A DNA stretch of 64,000 nt from positions 1 to 64,000 of the forward strand of contig JAZQOV010000002.1 in the NCBI GenBank assembly GCA_045628045.1. Direction: 5' to 3'. Source of the stretch: Bacilli bacterium (GTDB taxonomy: Bacteria; Bacillota_I; Bacilli_A; RFN20; CAG-826). How positions within the stretch are numbered: the stretch's first letter is position 1; the number at the start of each line of letters is the position of its first letter. Positions 62,160 to 64,000 of this stretch are shown here, piece by piece. A program made the translations under genes and the position numbers. Below the pieces are notes generated by a model. That model did no database searches. It had not been told where the DNA came from and saw nothing but the letters and a program-made list of their open reading frames with translations.

Positions 62160-62939
62160 ATGAAAATCACTAATATTAAAAGAGAAAAAAAGCAGCATTT
62201 AATTACATTAGAGAACGGCAATTCTTTTAAAATTTTTAGTGCAATCAAAGATGAATTTAATTTATATATTAATAAAGATATAGATGAAAATTTGATTGAA
62301 GAAATTAAAAAAGAGAATGAAATTCAAAAATATTTTGATGCTGCAATTAAAAAACTGAAAAATGGGGACTGTTCTCCAAACAAATTAAAAGAATTTCTTA
62401 TAAAGAAAGGCGCGAAAAAAGGTGAAGCAAATAAAGTAATCGCAAAATTATCAAAATATTCTTTGTTAAATGAAGATGAATTAATCAAAAATGTTATTTC
62501 TTTCTGCGATTCAAAACATTATGGATATAACAGAATTATTTCGATGCTAATAGCTCGTGATGTTTCAAGGAAAAAGATTGATGAAGTTAAATACGATTTA
62601 AAAAGAGAACGAAATGAAGCACAAAAACAACATAGTGTTTTGGTGAAACGATACAAAAATAAGAATAACGCAAATTTAAAAAGAAGCGTTTATGCATCGT
62701 TAATTCGTCTTGGATTTAATGAAGAAATTGCATCTTTTTACTCGGCAAAGACTTTTAATTCAACAATAAATGAATTAAATATGTTAAAATTAGATTATCA
62801 AAGATTTTTTTCGAGTTATTCTCGAAAATTACAAGGGAAAGATTTAACTGAAAAAATATTCGACAAATTAATGTCTCGAGGTTACATGTTTCAAGACATT
62901 AAATTAGTGATGGAGGAACTTAATAATGAAATGGGTTAA
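62160..62939 (+). CDS. recX: RecX family regulator
   Basis: Bacilli-type long RecX layout with three helical repeats (L...LL.ED, G..RI...L, L.RLGF, LMSRGY); ATG 62160. Confidence 0.75.
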   Translation: MKITNIKREKKQHLITLENGNSFKIFSAIKDEFNLYINKDIDENLIEEIKKENEIQKYFDAAIKKLKNGDCSPNKLKEFLIKKGAKKGEANKVIAKLSKYSLLNEDELIKNVISFCDSKHYGYNRIISMLIARDVSRKKIDEVKYDLKRERNEAQKQHSVLVKRYKNKNNANLKRSVYASLIRLGFNEEIASFYSAKTFNSTINELNMLKLDYQRFFSSYSRKLQGKDLTEKIFDKLMSRGYMFQDIKLVMEELNNEMG

Positions 62940-63864
62940 TGAATTTGTAGATGGTGATCACATTATTGGACAACTTTTAGTTGTAAGTGCAGTAAAAGGC
63001 ACAACAGATAAAGGTTTAAATTACTTAAACGTAACATTCCAAGATAAAACCGGTTCTATTGAAGCTAAAAAATGGGATGCCACAAGTGAAGACTTAAAAG
63101 TTTTGGTGCCAGGCAGCGTTGTAGTGGTGGATGGAATTGTAAATTTATATAAAAACCAACCACAACTTAAGATTGTTGAGGTCTCTAAAACTGAACCAGG
63201 CGAAGTTAATATGACAAATTTCGCAAGAGTTTCACCAATTCCATTAGAAAAGCTTAAAGCAAAGCTTGAAGGCTACTTAAATAGCTTTACTGATAAAGAT
63301 GTTGAAAAAGTTGCTAGAGCTGTTATTAGCCATTTTTATGAGAAATACACAATTTATCCTGGTGCTGTAAAAGTTCACCATGAATTTGGATCAGGTATTT
63401 TACATCACTCACTTTTTATGGCAGATGTCGCAGATGCAATTGCCAAGATTTACACTCAAGTTGATAGAGATATTCTTGTTGCAGGTGCTCTTCTTCACGA
63501 CATTGGTAAAACAATTGAATACGAAAATCCAATTGCACCAGTGCAAACTACCGAAGGTAAGCTTATTGGTCACATTGCAATCGGTTACTCAGAATTTAAG
63601 AAAGTAGTGGAATCTCTTAACATTACTTCAGAAGTCCCACTTCTTCTTGAACACATGATTCTTGCACACCATGGTACACTTGAGTTTGGTTCTCCAGTAA
63701 TGCCATCAACTCGTGAAGCTTTGCTTCTTGCAGAGATTGATATGCTCGATTCACGTCAAATGATCTTGGATAAATCACTTGCAACAATTAATGAAGGTGA
63801 ATTCACTCAGCGTTTATGGATGATGGACGATACAGCCTTCTATAAACCAAAATCAAGAAAATAA
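62926..63864 (+). CDS. yhaM: 3'-5' exoribonuclease YhaM/Cbf1 (OB + HD domains)
   Basis: DKTG.IEAK.W OB fold; HH...G...H, LLHDIGK, GHI and ILAHHG.LEFGSP motifs. Confidence 0.9.
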   Translation: MKWVNEFVDGDHIIGQLLVVSAVKGTTDKGLNYLNVTFQDKTGSIEAKKWDATSEDLKVLVPGSVVVVDGIVNLYKNQPQLKIVEVSKTEPGEVNMTNFARVSPIPLEKLKAKLEGYLNSFTDKDVEKVARAVISHFYEKYTIYPGAVKVHHEFGSGILHHSLFMADVADAIAKIYTQVDRDILVAGALLHDIGKTIEYENPIAPVQTTEGKLIGHIAIGYSEFKKVVESLNITSEVPLLLEHMILAHHGTLEFGSPVMPSTREALLLAEIDMLDSRQMILDKSLATINEGEFTQRLWMMDDTAFYKPKSRK

Positions 63865-63871
63865 GCAAAAT

Positions 63872-63909
63872 AAAAATGGAGCAGTTTGCTAGAACCGCTC
63901 CATTTTTTT
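63872..63909. terminator. Bidirectional terminator
   Basis: AAAAATGGAGC...GCTCCATTTTT. Confidence 0.8.
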
Positions 63910-63910
63910 A

Positions 63911-64000
63911 TTAAATAGCTTTTTTAATTTCATCTGCTAAAGCAGGAAGAGATAATTTAGATAAGTCTGGATTCTCTTTCATCTCAATTCTGAATCCTTC
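63911..64000 (-). CDS. 3' end of a CDS entering from beyond the window, partial
   Basis: Open frame EGFRIEMKENPDLSKLSLPALADEIKKAI* converging on the shared terminator. Confidence 0.55.
   Translation of the reverse strand, partial: EGFRIEMKENPDLSKLSLPALADEIKKAI

Overview
AT-rich bacterial chromosomal window read with the standard code (TGA is a stop, e.g. the ATGA overlaps at 14475, 52945 and 53874). Gene content and order suggest a reduced-genome Bacillota/Bacilli anaerobe (inference). The core is a complete S10-spc-alpha ribosomal superoperon (15270-30529) lacking rpmD/L30 and carrying long Ala/Lys/Glu/Pro extensions on L3, L22, S17, L5 and S5. Other housekeeping blocks: ecfA1A2T-truA-yebC, rplM-rpsI, four tRNAs, recX-yhaM, a queT-tgt-queA-queH queuosine salvage operon, preT-preA and gdhA-DUF1015-serC-serA. 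Best leads: (1) a stack of three toxin-antitoxin cassettes between rplQ and rsuA, each preceded by a copy of the rplQ terminator, with a diverged rsuA 5' scar and no integrase in view; (2) an unannotated type I TA-like locus at 55397-55697; (3) a preQ1-I-like pseudoknot abutting the queT start codon; (4) a YghO/ceramide-synthase-like GNAT + DUF819 + acyl-CoA ligase operon; (5) a DUF3990 + HTH pair; (6) many apparently leaderless genes. No rRNA, CRISPR array, integrase or transposase was seen. Family calls come from motif recognition by eye, not database searches.
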